64,000 bases of DNA from Bryobacteraceae bacterium (GTDB taxonomy: Bacteria; Acidobacteriota; Terriglobia; Bryobacterales; Bryobacteraceae), in assembly GCA_046331625.1 (NCBI GenBank), contig JAXLQL010000020.1:102452-166451 (forward strand), in the 5' to 3' direction. Below the pieces are notes generated by a model that was not told where the DNA came from, searched no databases, and saw only the letters and a program-made list of their open reading frames with translations. The translations under genes and the position numbers were made by a program. Below, piece after piece: positions 20,845 to 30,783 of this stretch (position 1 is the first letter of the stretch; every line of letters starts with the position of its first letter).

Positions 20845-23046
20845 CTATTCGGGTCGCGTGACGATCACGAAGGCCCCGAATTCGGGCAGGGTGTGCTTGG
20901 GGATGTTCGGGACGTTGCCTTGCGGCATGGCGATGTCGCGCGCGCCCATCGGGATGGTGACAGCGCCGCCGCGGTAGACTCCGCTCACCACCGGCGGACC
21001 CACGATGTTCTGCGCGTCGCGCACCTCGAATGACTTGCCGGGCTTCACGATATTCGAGAGGTCGATGTCGATCTGGCCCTTCATGTCCCAGTTGTAAACG
21101 GCGAGATGAGCGCGGCCTTCTTCGTAGCGGTTGGGTCGCAGGAACGTCCACACGCCCTTCGGGCGCGATGCGATCAGCTTGCTCGTGCGGTCACCGCCCG
21201 AGCCTCTCTTCCAGCCGTCGAATCCGGTGGTTCCGCCCGGGCGTACGGCGAACAGTTCGTTGCCGTAATAGGTGTTGTTGTCGATCGTGTAGTTCTTCGG
21301 ATCCTGGGCCTGCGCCAGGTTCATGTACACTTGCGCGGCGGTCGAGTAGAAGACGTTCCCCGTGAACGTGAGGTCCTTCCAGAACGACATCTCCATGCTG
21401 AACTGCCCGCCGATCCAGTAGTTGTTCCGCACCGTCGCCTTGCCGTTCGGACCTTCGCCGAAGCCCCACCCGATGCGCGAGTAACCGTTGCCTTCGGAAG
21501 GCGTGTGGTAGGTGTAGTTGTCCTCCACCGTGATGCGGTCGATGTTCGGACCGCCCAGTCCGAACAGAATATTGTCCACGCGCCCGTTCGACGCGTTCAG
21601 CAGCCCGTTGTTGAACAGGATGTTGCCGCGCAGGTCAAAGCCTTTCACGTACGCCGCGCTCGATCCATAGGCCTGAATGCCGATCTGGAATTGGTTGAAG
21701 ATGATGTTGTCGTGGATCAGCTTGGTGCCGTCGAGATTCTGCGTGTAGATGCCGTGGCCGTGCCCTCGGTCTTGCCCTGAGTAGCCGATGTTGTAGATGA
21801 TGCACCCGTAGACCTCGGCGCCGATGGCCGGGGTCCAGAGCCCGATCCCGAGCGTGTTGTCGTGGATCGTGACGTTGATGATCTTCGAGTAAGGCGCGAA
21901 CACGTCGATCGACGTGGTGCCGCCGTCTTTCAGCCGGTCAGTGAATCCGTCATTGCGGACCTCGAAGCCTTCATACCACGCGTACTCGCCTTGCACGAGC
22001 AGCCCAGGCTGAATCACCACGCGCTCGCCTGCCGCCGCGCGCACGCGGATCGGCCGGCCCGGAGCGCCCTTCAACTTGCTTTCGAAACGGTCAGTGGTTG
22101 TGCCGGTGGCGTAGTTGCCGCCGAGCAGCCAGATGGTGTCTCCGGGCTTCAGCGCGGCCGGATGCGCGAGCGCCGCCTTGAGCGTCCACGGCTTCTGCCG
22201 CGAGCCGTCGCCGACTTCCGTTGCGCCCGGCGATACGTAGAACTCGGCGCCCTTTGCCGCTGCCTGTACCGCCATCACCGCCGTCAGTTGCGAGATCTGT
22301 CCGGCAATCTGCAAGCGCACCGGAAGATACCCGGACCCGGAACTCTCCGGCACCTTGCCATTGATCTGGTAGACGCCATATGCACCGGGCATCAACCCCG
22401 CGAAGCCGACCTCGGCCGGCTGGTCGCCGATCGAGAGTTCCACCGTTTCCGCGGAGTAGTTATATGGATTGTCGTCGCTGCCAGTGCCGCCAGCCGCACC
22501 GGTCGCTGCCGCCGGATCCACGCGTCCGCCGCCCAGGGCGAACAACAGAATCGCCTCGCCCGGCTCAGCGGGAGAATCGCCATTGATCGTGCGGCCGTCG
22601 GCGTGATAGGCCATCGCTTCCAGGCGGCCGCCCACCTGCTTCGCGAAAAGCGCGGGAGCAGCGGGAAGCACGTCGACCCAATCCGGATCGGACACGCCGC
22701 TCGCGTTGCGCACCGTCACCGCGACTCGCGACGCGGTCAGCTCGAAGGGAAGCTGCGCTTCGATCTGCCCTGGCGAAACCGCGAACACCGGAGCGATCCG
22801 CTTCTCAGCGCCATCGGTGACTTCCACAGAAGCGCCGCCCAGCCCATCGAACGACGGCGCCTCGCGCGACGCCGCGCCGTTCGAGAAGCCGGATCCATCG
22901 ATGCGAATCCGCGACCCCGCGGCCACAGCGCGCGTCTGCGCGGCTGCGTCGGTTACGCCACCGGCCGGGAGCACCGGCGCCTCCGCCCACGAACCCGGCA
23001 AAATCGAAAGCGCAAAAAGCGCCGGCAAAGAGAACCGATCCATCAT
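20845..23046 (-). CDS. secreted protein: N-terminal TIGR03437-like Ig domain plus right-handed parallel beta-helix (pectin-lyase-fold) domain
   Basis: Signal peptide. TIGR03437-type motifs are present (SPGQIEAQLPF, GEAILLFALGGG, AGLMPGAYGVYQINGKVP). Beta-helix repeats follow (IHDNTLGIGL, IYNIGYSGQDRGHGHGIYTQN, IHDNIIFNQFQIGIQAYG, GNILFNN). Confidence 0.75.
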   Translation of the reverse strand: MMDRFSLPALFALSILPGSWAEAPVLPAGGVTDAAAQTRAVAAGSRIRIDGSGFSNGAASREAPSFDGLGGASVEVTDGAEKRIAPVFAVSPGQIEAQLPFELTASRVAVTVRNASGVSDPDWVDVLPAAPALFAKQVGGRLEAMAYHADGRTINGDSPAEPGEAILLFALGGGRVDPAAATGAAGGTGSDDNPYNYSAETVELSIGDQPAEVGFAGLMPGAYGVYQINGKVPESSGSGYLPVRLQIAGQISQLTAVMAVQAAAKGAEFYVSPGATEVGDGSRQKPWTLKAALAHPAALKPGDTIWLLGGNYATGTTTDRFESKLKGAPGRPIRVRAAAGERVVIQPGLLVQGEYAWYEGFEVRNDGFTDRLKDGGTTSIDVFAPYSKIINVTIHDNTLGIGLWTPAIGAEVYGCIIYNIGYSGQDRGHGHGIYTQNLDGTKLIHDNIIFNQFQIGIQAYGSSAAYVKGFDLRGNILFNNGLLNASNGRVDNILFGLGGPNIDRITVEDNYTYHTPSEGNGYSRIGWGFGEGPNGKATVRNNYWIGGQFSMEMSFWKDLTFTGNVFYSTAAQVYMNLAQAQDPKNYTIDNNTYYGNELFAVRPGGTTGFDGWKRGSGGDRTSKLIASRPKGVWTFLRPNRYEEGRAHLAVYNWDMKGQIDIDLSNIVKPGKSFEVRDAQNIVGPPVVSGVYRGGAVTIPMGARDIAMPQGNVPNIPKHTLPEFGAFVIVTRPE

Positions 23047-23098
23047 CTGCTTAACCCCTGGACGCGGGCTCGAGTTGTGTGGAACAAGCGGCTTCCCG

Positions 23099-23140
23099 CT
23101 GTGGGGCAGGCTTTAGCCTGCGCGGGACTTTAGTCCCGCC
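23099..23140. repeat. REP-like dual-hairpin element (consensus copy)
   Basis: ctGTGGGGCAGGCTttAGCCTGCGCGGGACTttAGTCCCGCc. The first stem is GCAGGCT/AGCCTGC and the second is GCGGGACT/AGTCCCGC. It lies between the 3' end of the GT4 gene and the 5' end of the beta-helix gene. Confidence 0.8.
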
Positions 23141-23141
23141 A

Positions 23142-24245
23142 TCAATACACATCCGCCCCACTCACCGTCTCATAGATACTGCAGATCTGCTGCGTGATCG
23201 CATCGGGATCGAACATCTCTCGCACATAGCGATCGAGCCTGCCCCCGATCATCGCCCGCTTCTGCGGCGATTCAAGCAGGAACAGCACCGCTTGCGCCAA
23301 TGACTCAGGCGAAGACGGCGGCACCAGGATCCCGGCGCGCCCGCCATCCAGCACTTCGGGGCACTGCCCCACTGCCGTAGCTACCGACGCCAGGCCCGCC
23401 ATGCCGTATTCGAGCAACGCCAGCGGCAACCCTTCCGACACCGACCCGAGCACGCCCACGTCGCACGCCTTCAGAATCGCCGGCACGTCTTCGCGCAGCC
23501 CGAGCCACGTCACGTTCTTGTCGAGATTCTTTTCTTTGATCAGCGCCTGGATCTGCGCCAAATACTCCGGATCCGGCGCCGTTCCGATGAGCAGCAAGTG
23601 CGAGCTGGGCGACTGTTGCGCCACCAGCGACATCGCGCGGATCAAATTCAAGTGATCCTTCTGCGGCCGGAAATTGGCCACGCAGACGATGCGCTTGCCG
23701 GGCACACCCGGAAGGTCGCCCGCGCCGCCATCCTGCCGCGGAAACGTGACGAAGTTCGGGATGTACCACACACGCTCGGGACGGATGCCGAGCTTCCGCC
23801 GCGCCCATTCGGCCAGCGTTCCGTTCACCGAAAGCACTCCTGCCACACCGCGCGTGGCGAGCCGGTAGATCCACACCGGGCGGTCATTCAGTTCGGCCCG
23901 GCCGTAATGGTCGTGCCAGATCACGCGTGGAAACGGCGGCAGCGCGCTCACCAGCCGTGCGAGAAACAACGCCGACCCGTGGGCATGCAGGATGCTCACG
24001 TTGCGCTCTTGAATGAATGACGACAGCCGCCGGATCGCGCTCGAATCGAAGCGATGCTTGCGTTCGAGCTTGAGCCGCGTCACGTCATCGGCCACCATCG
24101 ACGCGAGTGGGCCCTCGCGCCTGGTACTGCAGAGCGTGACGTCGAAACGATTTCGCGGGAGGCGATTCACGAGATTGACGGCGACACGCTCCGCTCCCCC
24201 GACTTCGAGCGTGTCCACCAGGTGCATTACGCCGACTCTGGCCAT
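23142..24245 (-). CDS. glycosyltransferase family 4 (GT-B)
   Basis: Start is at the ATG at 24245 (MARVGVMHLVDTLEVGGAER, the typical GT4 N-terminus). C-terminal E-x7-E-like region (SVSEGLPLALLEYGMAGL). The 49-codon upstream extension is rejected. Confidence 0.8.
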   Translation of the reverse strand: MARVGVMHLVDTLEVGGAERVAVNLVNRLPRNRFDVTLCSTRREGPLASMVADDVTRLKLERKHRFDSSAIRRLSSFIQERNVSILHAHGSALFLARLVSALPPFPRVIWHDHYGRAELNDRPVWIYRLATRGVAGVLSVNGTLAEWARRKLGIRPERVWYIPNFVTFPRQDGGAGDLPGVPGKRIVCVANFRPQKDHLNLIRAMSLVAQQSPSSHLLLIGTAPDPEYLAQIQALIKEKNLDKNVTWLGLREDVPAILKACDVGVLGSVSEGLPLALLEYGMAGLASVATAVGQCPEVLDGGRAGILVPPSSPESLAQAVLFLLESPQKRAMIGGRLDRYVREMFDPDAITQQICSIYETVSGADVY

Positions 24246-25456
24246 GGCTTCTCCGTAGTATTTGCAAACACCGTGCGCCCTTGCGATCCTTCCGACAAAG
24301 CCGGAAAAGCGTCGCGAGGCACGCCCCAGTGGCGAATCATCAGTTCCCGGAGTGCTTCGCGCAGAGCCTCCAGGCAATAGTCGCGTGACCATGCGATGGC
24401 TTTTGCCCGCATGTCCGCATAGCGCTCCGGGTGGAGCGCGATCTCGCCGAGCGCGTCAGCTAGTGAATCCACGTTGCGCGGTTCCACCACGATGCCCCGT
24501 CCTTGCGAGAGCATCTCCGGCACGAATCCGCGGTTGCTGCCGATGCACACCAGCCCGTAGGCCATGCCCTCGGCCAGCGCTTTTGGCCATCCTTCGCTTT
24601 CGGAAACCAGCGTCAGGATATCGGCCTGTTCCAGCGCATCCAAGACTTCGTCGTAGCCAACGCCGCCCGCGAACGTCACCAGATCGGTGACGCCGAGTTC
24701 GGCCGCCAAAATCCGCAGCGACCCCGCCCGCGGACCATCCCCCAGAATCCGCGCCCGCATCTCGATGCCCCGGCTGCGCAGCCGCGCGATCGCCCGCAAC
24801 AGCACATCCACGTTCTTCGCTTCCGAGAGCCGCCCCAGGAACAGCGCTTCGAGCGGACGCCCCGGCTGAACCGATCGCCGCTCCGCCGCGGCGCGGCCGC
24901 GTTCCACCTGGCTCGCCGTCAACACCGATGTGAAGAACGGAATCACGTGCGCGGGCTGATCGGGCCACTTGCCGTACACTGTCACCGGAGCTCCCCACCA
25001 GCGCGAGCTCAAGATCGCCCGCTGCCAGCGCACCGTGGCCGCCTCTTCCATCGCGCCACCCCACTGGCCCGCATACTTGGCGATGCGCCTCCGCGTGAAG
25101 AATGGAGCCATCAGCGCTCCGAGCAACCCGAGATTCCCCGGGCACCGCACGTGAATCGCGTCGCCCTTGCGCAGCGTCATCGCGAGATCCCACACCATCA
25201 AGGGAAGGTTCAACGCGATCCCGGCTTTCGCGGCCAACGATTCGCCGCCCACTTCCCGCTGCGCCTCCACCGAGATATTCATGCGCGTAAACGCGCAATC
25301 CTCGCCCGGCGGAGCCTGCTCGCGCAACGGCGCCGCGATCACCACTTCCTGGAACAGATCCGCCCACAGGTCGATCTCGCGCGCGTAGGGCGCGTACGCC
25401 CAGTAGCGGCCTTGCCAGCGATAGTGCGGTACATGAGAAACGATCACCAGGCGCAT
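24227..25456 (-). CDS. glycosyltransferase family 4/1 (GT-B)
   Basis: MRLVIVSHVPHY... at the N-terminus and a GT1 C-terminal domain (LVSESEGWPKALAEGMAYGLVCIGS). Confidence 0.8.
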   Translation of the reverse strand: MRLVIVSHVPHYRWQGRYWAYAPYAREIDLWADLFQEVVIAAPLREQAPPGEDCAFTRMNISVEAQREVGGESLAAKAGIALNLPLMVWDLAMTLRKGDAIHVRCPGNLGLLGALMAPFFTRRRIAKYAGQWGGAMEEAATVRWQRAILSSRWWGAPVTVYGKWPDQPAHVIPFFTSVLTASQVERGRAAAERRSVQPGRPLEALFLGRLSEAKNVDVLLRAIARLRSRGIEMRARILGDGPRAGSLRILAAELGVTDLVTFAGGVGYDEVLDALEQADILTLVSESEGWPKALAEGMAYGLVCIGSNRGFVPEMLSQGRGIVVEPRNVDSLADALGEIALHPERYADMRAKAIAWSRDYCLEALREALRELMIRHWGVPRDAFPALSEGSQGRTVFANTTEKPWPESA

Positions 25457-25457
25457 A

Positions 25458-26834
25458 TCAGCGTGCTACCGCCTTTACCCGAGCTTCGCGATAGCGCCAG
25501 ACTCCGGTTTGATGTCCGGCCACCAGCGCCAAGCCGACATAAACGCCCGACAGCATGTCGAGCGCGCTCACCGACATCCCGATCACCATGAATCCCACAA
25601 TCCCGAACATCGGCGCCACCTCGAGCGTCTCGGCCCGGTGATGGTACGTTTGCACCCACGTGAAGCCGAGGAACAGGAACAACAGCGCCAACCCCATCAG
25701 TCCCGTTTCGGCGCCCACATGCAAGTAGAGCGAGTGGAACGGAATGTTCTTGTGGGTGTACTCGACCGATACCTCGCGGCCCTTGCTCGGCCCGTGCCCG
25801 AGCACCGGCGCGGCCATGAACGCCGCCGGGAATCCGAACCATTGCTCGGAACGCCCGGTCGTCTTCGAGGCAAAATCGCGCTCCGGATCGAGCAGCTTGT
25901 CGAACTGCTTGGTGATGATATCGGCGCGGCTGGTGGAAAGCAGCACCAACACCGCCACCGATACCAGAATCACCGCGATCGACAGATTCTTCCGTGACGC
26001 CGCGTCAAAGATGAACGCCAGTACGAGCCCGACGAGCGCGATCGCCCAAGCGCCTTTCGACGTGGAAAGCACCAGCAGTCCCGCCGCCGTCAACCCGAGC
26101 ACGTTTCGCACGAGCGGCTGCTTGTCGAGCAGCAGCCATCGCCCGCCATCGAGCAACGTCAGCATTACCGTCAAAGCGGCCGGAATTCCCAACAGAATCG
26201 GATTTCCCAAGAGCCCTTCTTCGGTGCCTTCGGCCATGCCCAGCCGGTCGCCGTGCGGCAGCAACCCGAGCCCCATGCCGATCACCGTGATCCCCACCGC
26301 CACCAGCGCCGTGCCGAGCAGCGAGCGCCGGTACGAAATCAGATACACGCAAACCGCGCTCATCAACAACTCCACGGCTTTCATGTTCGCCGAATAGTCG
26401 CCGCTGATCAGAATCGAGATCCACCAATAGATGGCCACCGCCACAGACATCGCGATCAAGATCCGGTGCCTGCGCAAGCGCTCGAGATGTTCGGTATCGA
26501 GCATCGCCACCGCCGCCGACGCCACCATCAACGCCAGCGGCGCCGAGAACGGAAAGAAGCTGCCGCGGTTGAACGCGAGCAACGGCACCACGCCGACAAT
26601 CAACGTCGCCGCCCGCAACGGCTCGCGCTGCGCCAGATGGTACAGCACGAACAGCGTCAGCATGCCGATAAAGATCAGCGCCCCGGCTCGAAACTGCCCG
26701 AGCCCCATCATGATCGATTCGGGCACTACGATCAGCGCCACTTGCACGAGCGCGCTCGTCACCAGCTTGGGCTCGCGCAACGTCTGCGTTTGCCCGCGCG
26801 GAATTTGTCCGGGGAAAGGAATCGCGGCGTTCAT
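25458..26834 (-). CDS. O-antigen ligase/polymerase-like (Wzy/WaaL family) integral membrane protein
   Basis: 458 aa with about 10-12 TM helices and a large periplasmic loop bearing conserved H/R residues (HGPSKGREVSVEYTHKNIPFHSLYLHVGAETG). Confidence 0.75.
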   Translation of the reverse strand: MNAAIPFPGQIPRGQTQTLREPKLVTSALVQVALIVVPESIMMGLGQFRAGALIFIGMLTLFVLYHLAQREPLRAATLIVGVVPLLAFNRGSFFPFSAPLALMVASAAVAMLDTEHLERLRRHRILIAMSVAVAIYWWISILISGDYSANMKAVELLMSAVCVYLISYRRSLLGTALVAVGITVIGMGLGLLPHGDRLGMAEGTEEGLLGNPILLGIPAALTVMLTLLDGGRWLLLDKQPLVRNVLGLTAAGLLVLSTSKGAWAIALVGLVLAFIFDAASRKNLSIAVILVSVAVLVLLSTSRADIITKQFDKLLDPERDFASKTTGRSEQWFGFPAAFMAAPVLGHGPSKGREVSVEYTHKNIPFHSLYLHVGAETGLMGLALLFLFLGFTWVQTYHHRAETLEVAPMFGIVGFMVIGMSVSALDMLSGVYVGLALVAGHQTGVWRYREARVKAVAR

Positions 26835-26863
26835 GGATTCATCGCCTCATGTGTCCTTGAATA

Positions 26864-27949
26864 CTATCGCGCCAGCGCGGCCGCCTCCGGAATCGCGCCC
26901 GCTGGCCTCAATGCGAACATCGGCTTGGCAGCCGGCTCCTCATAACGCGGCGGATTCACGAGGCACTCGAGCGCCCCTGCCGCCACGCCCAGCCCGTGCG
27001 ACGCAAAATGCAATCGCCACGGCCGTACCGCGAACCAAGCCATGTCCCAAAAGAAAAGATATCCGAGATCGCCATAGAACCGGAACCGGTTCGCCATCGA
27101 CGCTCCCGGACGATGCCGCTTCCATATGAAATAGCGGTTCCGCACTTCCATGCGGCCCTTCGCATACGATGCCGGACGCCCGCCCGGCGCCGGATGGTGC
27201 TCGCATCGCGCATCGCCTGAAAACATCACCTGCCACCGCGACTTCACCCGCAGCGACATCTCCACGTCTTCGCCATACGCGTAGCCGTAGAAGAACTCTG
27301 AGAAACGCATCTCGCGGAACACTTCCCGCCGAAACGCGCTCGCTCCGCCCTGCACCACGTCTACCGGCCGAGTCCCGTGAAACGGTTGCAGCAGCCCCGA
27401 TGGCACAGACGATCCACAGTCGTGGAATTGATACGGCTGCACCGATTGCGGAACCAGCCCCAACCGCAGCCGCCATTGCCACCGCCGCGAAATCGGCTTC
27501 GCGATCTCATTGATGATGCATCCGCCCACCGCGCCGATCTTGCCACCGGCATCGGCGGCGAACACATCGTGTATGTGGCGGAAATAACCTTCCCGCGGAA
27601 ACGCGTCATCGTCGAGGAAGAAGATGAACTCGCGCGTCGAGATATCGATCCCCACGTTGCGCTGCAGCGTCAGCCCCTTCGGACTCTCGACATACACCAA
27701 GTCGAACGGAATCCGCCGGTCACCCGCCCAGTTCCGCGCCGCTTCTTCGAGCTCCCGGCCCGGCGACGAATCAACGATCACCACCTCGCCCGGCACATCC
27801 CCCAGCGCCTCCACCTTCTCGAGCAGGAACACCACTTCCTTCGCCCGGCAGTAGGTGGGCACCAGCAGCGAACAGTCATTGAGCGCGCCCGGCACGCTCC
27901 GCTGCGCCGCGATCCGCCATCCCGGAAGTTGCCGCACCGGTTCGTTCAC
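26864..27949 (-). CDS. glycosyltransferase family 2
   Basis: GT-A N-terminal motifs (SLLVPTYCRAKEV...; DxD-like FLDDDAF). Confidence 0.8.
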   Translation of the reverse strand: MNEPVRQLPGWRIAAQRSVPGALNDCSLLVPTYCRAKEVVFLLEKVEALGDVPGEVVIVDSSPGRELEEAARNWAGDRRIPFDLVYVESPKGLTLQRNVGIDISTREFIFFLDDDAFPREGYFRHIHDVFAADAGGKIGAVGGCIINEIAKPISRRWQWRLRLGLVPQSVQPYQFHDCGSSVPSGLLQPFHGTRPVDVVQGGASAFRREVFREMRFSEFFYGYAYGEDVEMSLRVKSRWQVMFSGDARCEHHPAPGGRPASYAKGRMEVRNRYFIWKRHRPGASMANRFRFYGDLGYLFFWDMAWFAVRPWRLHFASHGLGVAAGALECLVNPPRYEEPAAKPMFALRPAGAIPEAAALAR

Positions 27950-29436
27950 GGCCGAGCCACCCTCCGCAACGCTTCCACGATCAGTTCCGTGGACTTCTCG
28001 AGCGGCGCGCCCACTTCGAGATCGGCCAGCTTGCGCCGCCCCTCGCGATCGAGCGACGGATCCTTCAGGTACGCGGCGATGTGCTCGGCGAACTGATCCT
28101 TCGTCCGCGCCACGCGCGAGGCTTTCGCTTCCAGCACCGGCTGCAGATGTTCAAAGCAGTAGTAATAATCCCAGTAAGTCTGCCCGAAGTAAGGCGGATC
28201 GGAAATGTCGAACGCGATGTTGACCACCGGCTTGTCTTGGATGCCGAAGTCGAGCGTCATGGTGGAGCCCATGTTCACGTTCATGTCGCAGTGATGCGTC
28301 ACATTCACCAGGAACCGCACATCCTGCGGCGTGGGAAACACAAGTGACCAGTTGGCCGAGCTCGAATGCAGCCACTCCGGCTGCGCCACGATCAACTCCG
28401 GGAAATCCTGCCGGACCTTCAGATAGCGCTTGCCATCGTCCACCGGCGCCGGCCGCAGTATCACCTGCGGATTGCCCGGAATGCGCCCGCTGCGGATCAG
28501 TTCGAGCAACACCCGCAGGTGGCCCGGATCCTCGGGACAAGTGAGCGTATCGCCGCCCGAGTAGCAGATCAGCTTGCGCGCCGGATCGGCGCCGATCTTG
28601 CGGAAGAACTCATCCCGCGACCACAGCAGCGACTTGTCCGAGTAGGGCTCGAACTGCGGAGTCCCCACCACGTGGATCTGCTCGCGCCGCACGTGCGGAT
28701 AGTAGTGGAGCAGTTCGCGCCGCATCAGGTCACTCCACACCAGGAAATGGTCGAACGGAGCAGTGATGCGGCCCTTGCTCGAAAGATTGTCCCAACTGAA
28801 GATGAATGACGCGGTCGGGATCCCCAACTGCTTCGCCGCCAAAACGGCCGGCACGGTTGTGGACGGAATCTGATTGCTCGAAAACAGAACCGACGGGCGG
28901 CGTGCCTCGAACAGCTTGCGGTAGTGCGCCACTTCCGGCAGCCGATCGGCCTCGTGACAATAGACGCCTTCCAGCCGCCGCATCGATTTCGGACTGGCGT
29001 TGAGCCGGCCCAAGAATCGCGACCCGCGCACGAACGCCTGCCACGTTTTCTTGCCCTTCGGAAGCTGGTCGCGCAGCCGCCGCATCGAATGCGTGTCGGC
29101 CCAATACATCTGCGCGTATCCGAGCGCATACTGGAGCGCCAGCGTCATCCGCGGGGGATTGAACGACTGGAGTGGCTGCCACCGGACCCGGTCCATCGCC
29201 TCGCCCAAATGAGCCGTATAGGAAGGAAGCGCCTCGTCGGGCACGCGGTGGAACACATCCACCTCGGCCACATCTGTGGCGCGCTCGAGGAACTTCCCCA
29301 GCACGAAGTTGCGCACGCCCACCCCATCGGGAAGCAGCATCGCGATCCGCATCGTGCCCGCGGACTTGGGTTTGCTCCCGTTCCGGGCCGTTCCTGCGCT
29401 GGTTTCGAGTGTTGCCAGATTAGGCAAGGTGCTCAA
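27946..29436 (-). CDS. GT-B-fold polysaccharide biosynthesis protein (capsule/teichoic-type, TagF-like glycosyl- or glycerophosphotransferase)
   Basis: 496 aa. The true start is possibly the ATG at 29352 (MRIAMLLPDGVGVRNF). The C-terminal half has a GT-B-like sugar-nucleotide binding region (VGTPQFEPY...ICYSGGD...). The family assignment is tentative. Confidence 0.55.
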   Translation of the reverse strand: MSTLPNLATLETSAGTARNGSKPKSAGTMRIAMLLPDGVGVRNFVLGKFLERATDVAEVDVFHRVPDEALPSYTAHLGEAMDRVRWQPLQSFNPPRMTLALQYALGYAQMYWADTHSMRRLRDQLPKGKKTWQAFVRGSRFLGRLNASPKSMRRLEGVYCHEADRLPEVAHYRKLFEARRPSVLFSSNQIPSTTVPAVLAAKQLGIPTASFIFSWDNLSSKGRITAPFDHFLVWSDLMRRELLHYYPHVRREQIHVVGTPQFEPYSDKSLLWSRDEFFRKIGADPARKLICYSGGDTLTCPEDPGHLRVLLELIRSGRIPGNPQVILRPAPVDDGKRYLKVRQDFPELIVAQPEWLHSSSANWSLVFPTPQDVRFLVNVTHHCDMNVNMGSTMTLDFGIQDKPVVNIAFDISDPPYFGQTYWDYYYCFEHLQPVLEAKASRVARTKDQFAEHIAAYLKDPSLDREGRRKLADLEVGAPLEKSTELIVEALRRVARP

Positions 29437-29913
29437 TTCGTTCCTCCTCCTCCATTGTTAGCGGACGCGACTGCATGACTCACTAGGCAGCGTTACCTAT
29501 TTGCAGTACCATCCCCGTACTAAAGCCGGGAAGTACCGGACCATTGCCCGGTCGCTGGCCGAGTACCGGCGAGCAAGCGCCGACGGGCAGGCAGAGCCTC
29601 CCGAAAGCGTTCAGGGCTATTGGTGGATGATCCTCCGGGGCATGACGGGCGTCACTGGGGCTGTTCAGTCAGAAGGGTGTGGGGCCTGTTGGCAAGCTCC
29701 CGCCCTTTGGATCCCACAATCGGGGACCGCTACTCCTCATTAAGGAGCCGTGTTTCCAGTTTGATCGGATCCGCCGCCGATGTCAACTGGCTGTTGTAGT
29801 GGGCCTTGCGTCCGAGCCTGCTGCCTGACTCCTGTTGCCTGAGTTGATGGTCTGAGAGCTTCTTGTACTATCCTTCAGTCTCTTCGCCAGCGGGCGAAAA
29901 TTTCAGCCCCAGC

Positions 29914-29964
29914 GTGTGGAGCAGGCGTCAGCCGGCTTCAGGCTGCGCTTGGGACTCGAGTCCC
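29914..29964. repeat. REP-like element (variant with a perfect GGGACTCGAGTCCC palindrome)
   Basis: gtgtggaGCAGGCgtcagccggcttcAGGCTGCGCttGGGACTCGAGTCCC. Confidence 0.6.
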
Positions 29965-30023
29965 TCTGTCAAATACCGCAATCCAGCAGAGTTCCCACCT
30001 CGTAACTTCGACTAAGAGGGTTT

Positions 30024-30064
30024 TTGTAGGGCGGGCTTCAACAGCCCGTGGCTAAAGTCGCGTG
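30024..30064. repeat. REP-like element (degenerate copy)
   Basis: ttgtagGGCGGGCTtcaacAGCCCGtggctaaagtcgcg. The first hairpin is conserved and the second is degenerate. Confidence 0.45.
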
Positions 30065-30237
30065 GGCCGCGTTGCGAGCGCCCAGGTCTGGGGATGTCGC
30101 CAGATTCAAGGCGTGGCCAGAGACGCAATGCGGGCCATTTCGAAGGAACCGCAACGAAGCAGATGGCCCCATGCCACCGCAACCCTCTGGACGGCCGGGG
30201 TTTGTGCCCATCATGCTTCGTTGCTCGTCGCTCGAGA

Positions 30238-30266
30238 TGGGCAGCGCGGGACTCGAGCCCCGCCTC
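30238..30266. repeat. REP-like half element (second hairpin only)
   Basis: gggcaGCGCGGGACTCGAGCCCCGCc. Confidence 0.5.
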
Positions 30267-30306
30267 CGAAACCAGCACCCACTCCTGGACCTTCTACGAA
30301 ACCTCA

Positions 30307-30696
30307 ATGCCAACCGTATCCGGCATCGACACAGCAGTGTCGGTCCACCGGATCGCCGTGTGGCATAACCACGGCCTGATCCCCGTGGAGATCGCGCACA
30401 AGGTCGGCCACATCTCGCTCGTGCAGGTCCACGCAGCGCTTGCTTACTATCACGCCAATCAAGATGAGATCGACGAGGATCACGCGGAGACAGAGGGCAT
30501 CGCCGAGGCGCTCGAGGAGGCCAGGTGCATCTCGATGGCCTTGGTCGTGCGCGTCTCGTCGAGCGTTCCGCCAGTGGCGATGCAGCCAGGGCTGCAGGCC
30601 TGCGCGGGACTTCAGTCTCGCTGCCCATACTCCGCGCCCAAGTCCTCCCGCACGCACTTCACGCCCGCCGCCGACGCCCGCTGTCGAGGCCCGTGA
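30307..30696 (+). CDS. small hypothetical protein with a DUF433-like C-terminal motif (possible orphan antitoxin-like HTH protein); its 3' end runs into REP-like repeats
   Basis: ATG at 30307 (MPTVSGIDTAVSVHRIAVWHNHGLIPVEIAHKVGHISLVQVHAALAYYHANQDEIDEDHAE...). The ...AALAYY...EID block resembles the DUF433 C-terminus. There is no stop until 30696, and the tail overlaps the REP copy at 30589-30626, so the true 3' end is doubtful. Confidence 0.3.
   Translation: MPTVSGIDTAVSVHRIAVWHNHGLIPVEIAHKVGHISLVQVHAALAYYHANQDEIDEDHAETEGIAEALEEARCISMALVVRVSSSVPPVAMQPGLQACAGLQSRCPYSAPKSSRTHFTPAADARCRGP
30589..30626. repeat. REP-like element (variant)
   Basis: GCAGCCagGGCTGCAGGCCTGCGCGGGACTtcAGTCTCGCtgccc: stacked palindromes GCAGCC/GGCTGC and GCAGGCCTGC, then the GCGGGACT hairpin. 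Confidence 0.55.
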
Positions 30697-30732
30697 AGAC
30701 ATCCCTGTCCCTACATCAACACCTGCCATGCC

Positions 30733-30783
30733 GTGTGGGGCAGGCTTCGGCCGACTTCAGCCTGCGCGGGACTCGAGCCCCGC
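30733..30783. repeat. REP-like dual-hairpin element (long-loop variant)
   Basis: GTGTGGGGCAGGCTtcggccgacttcAGCCTGCGCGGGACTCGAGCCCCGC. Confidence 0.7.
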
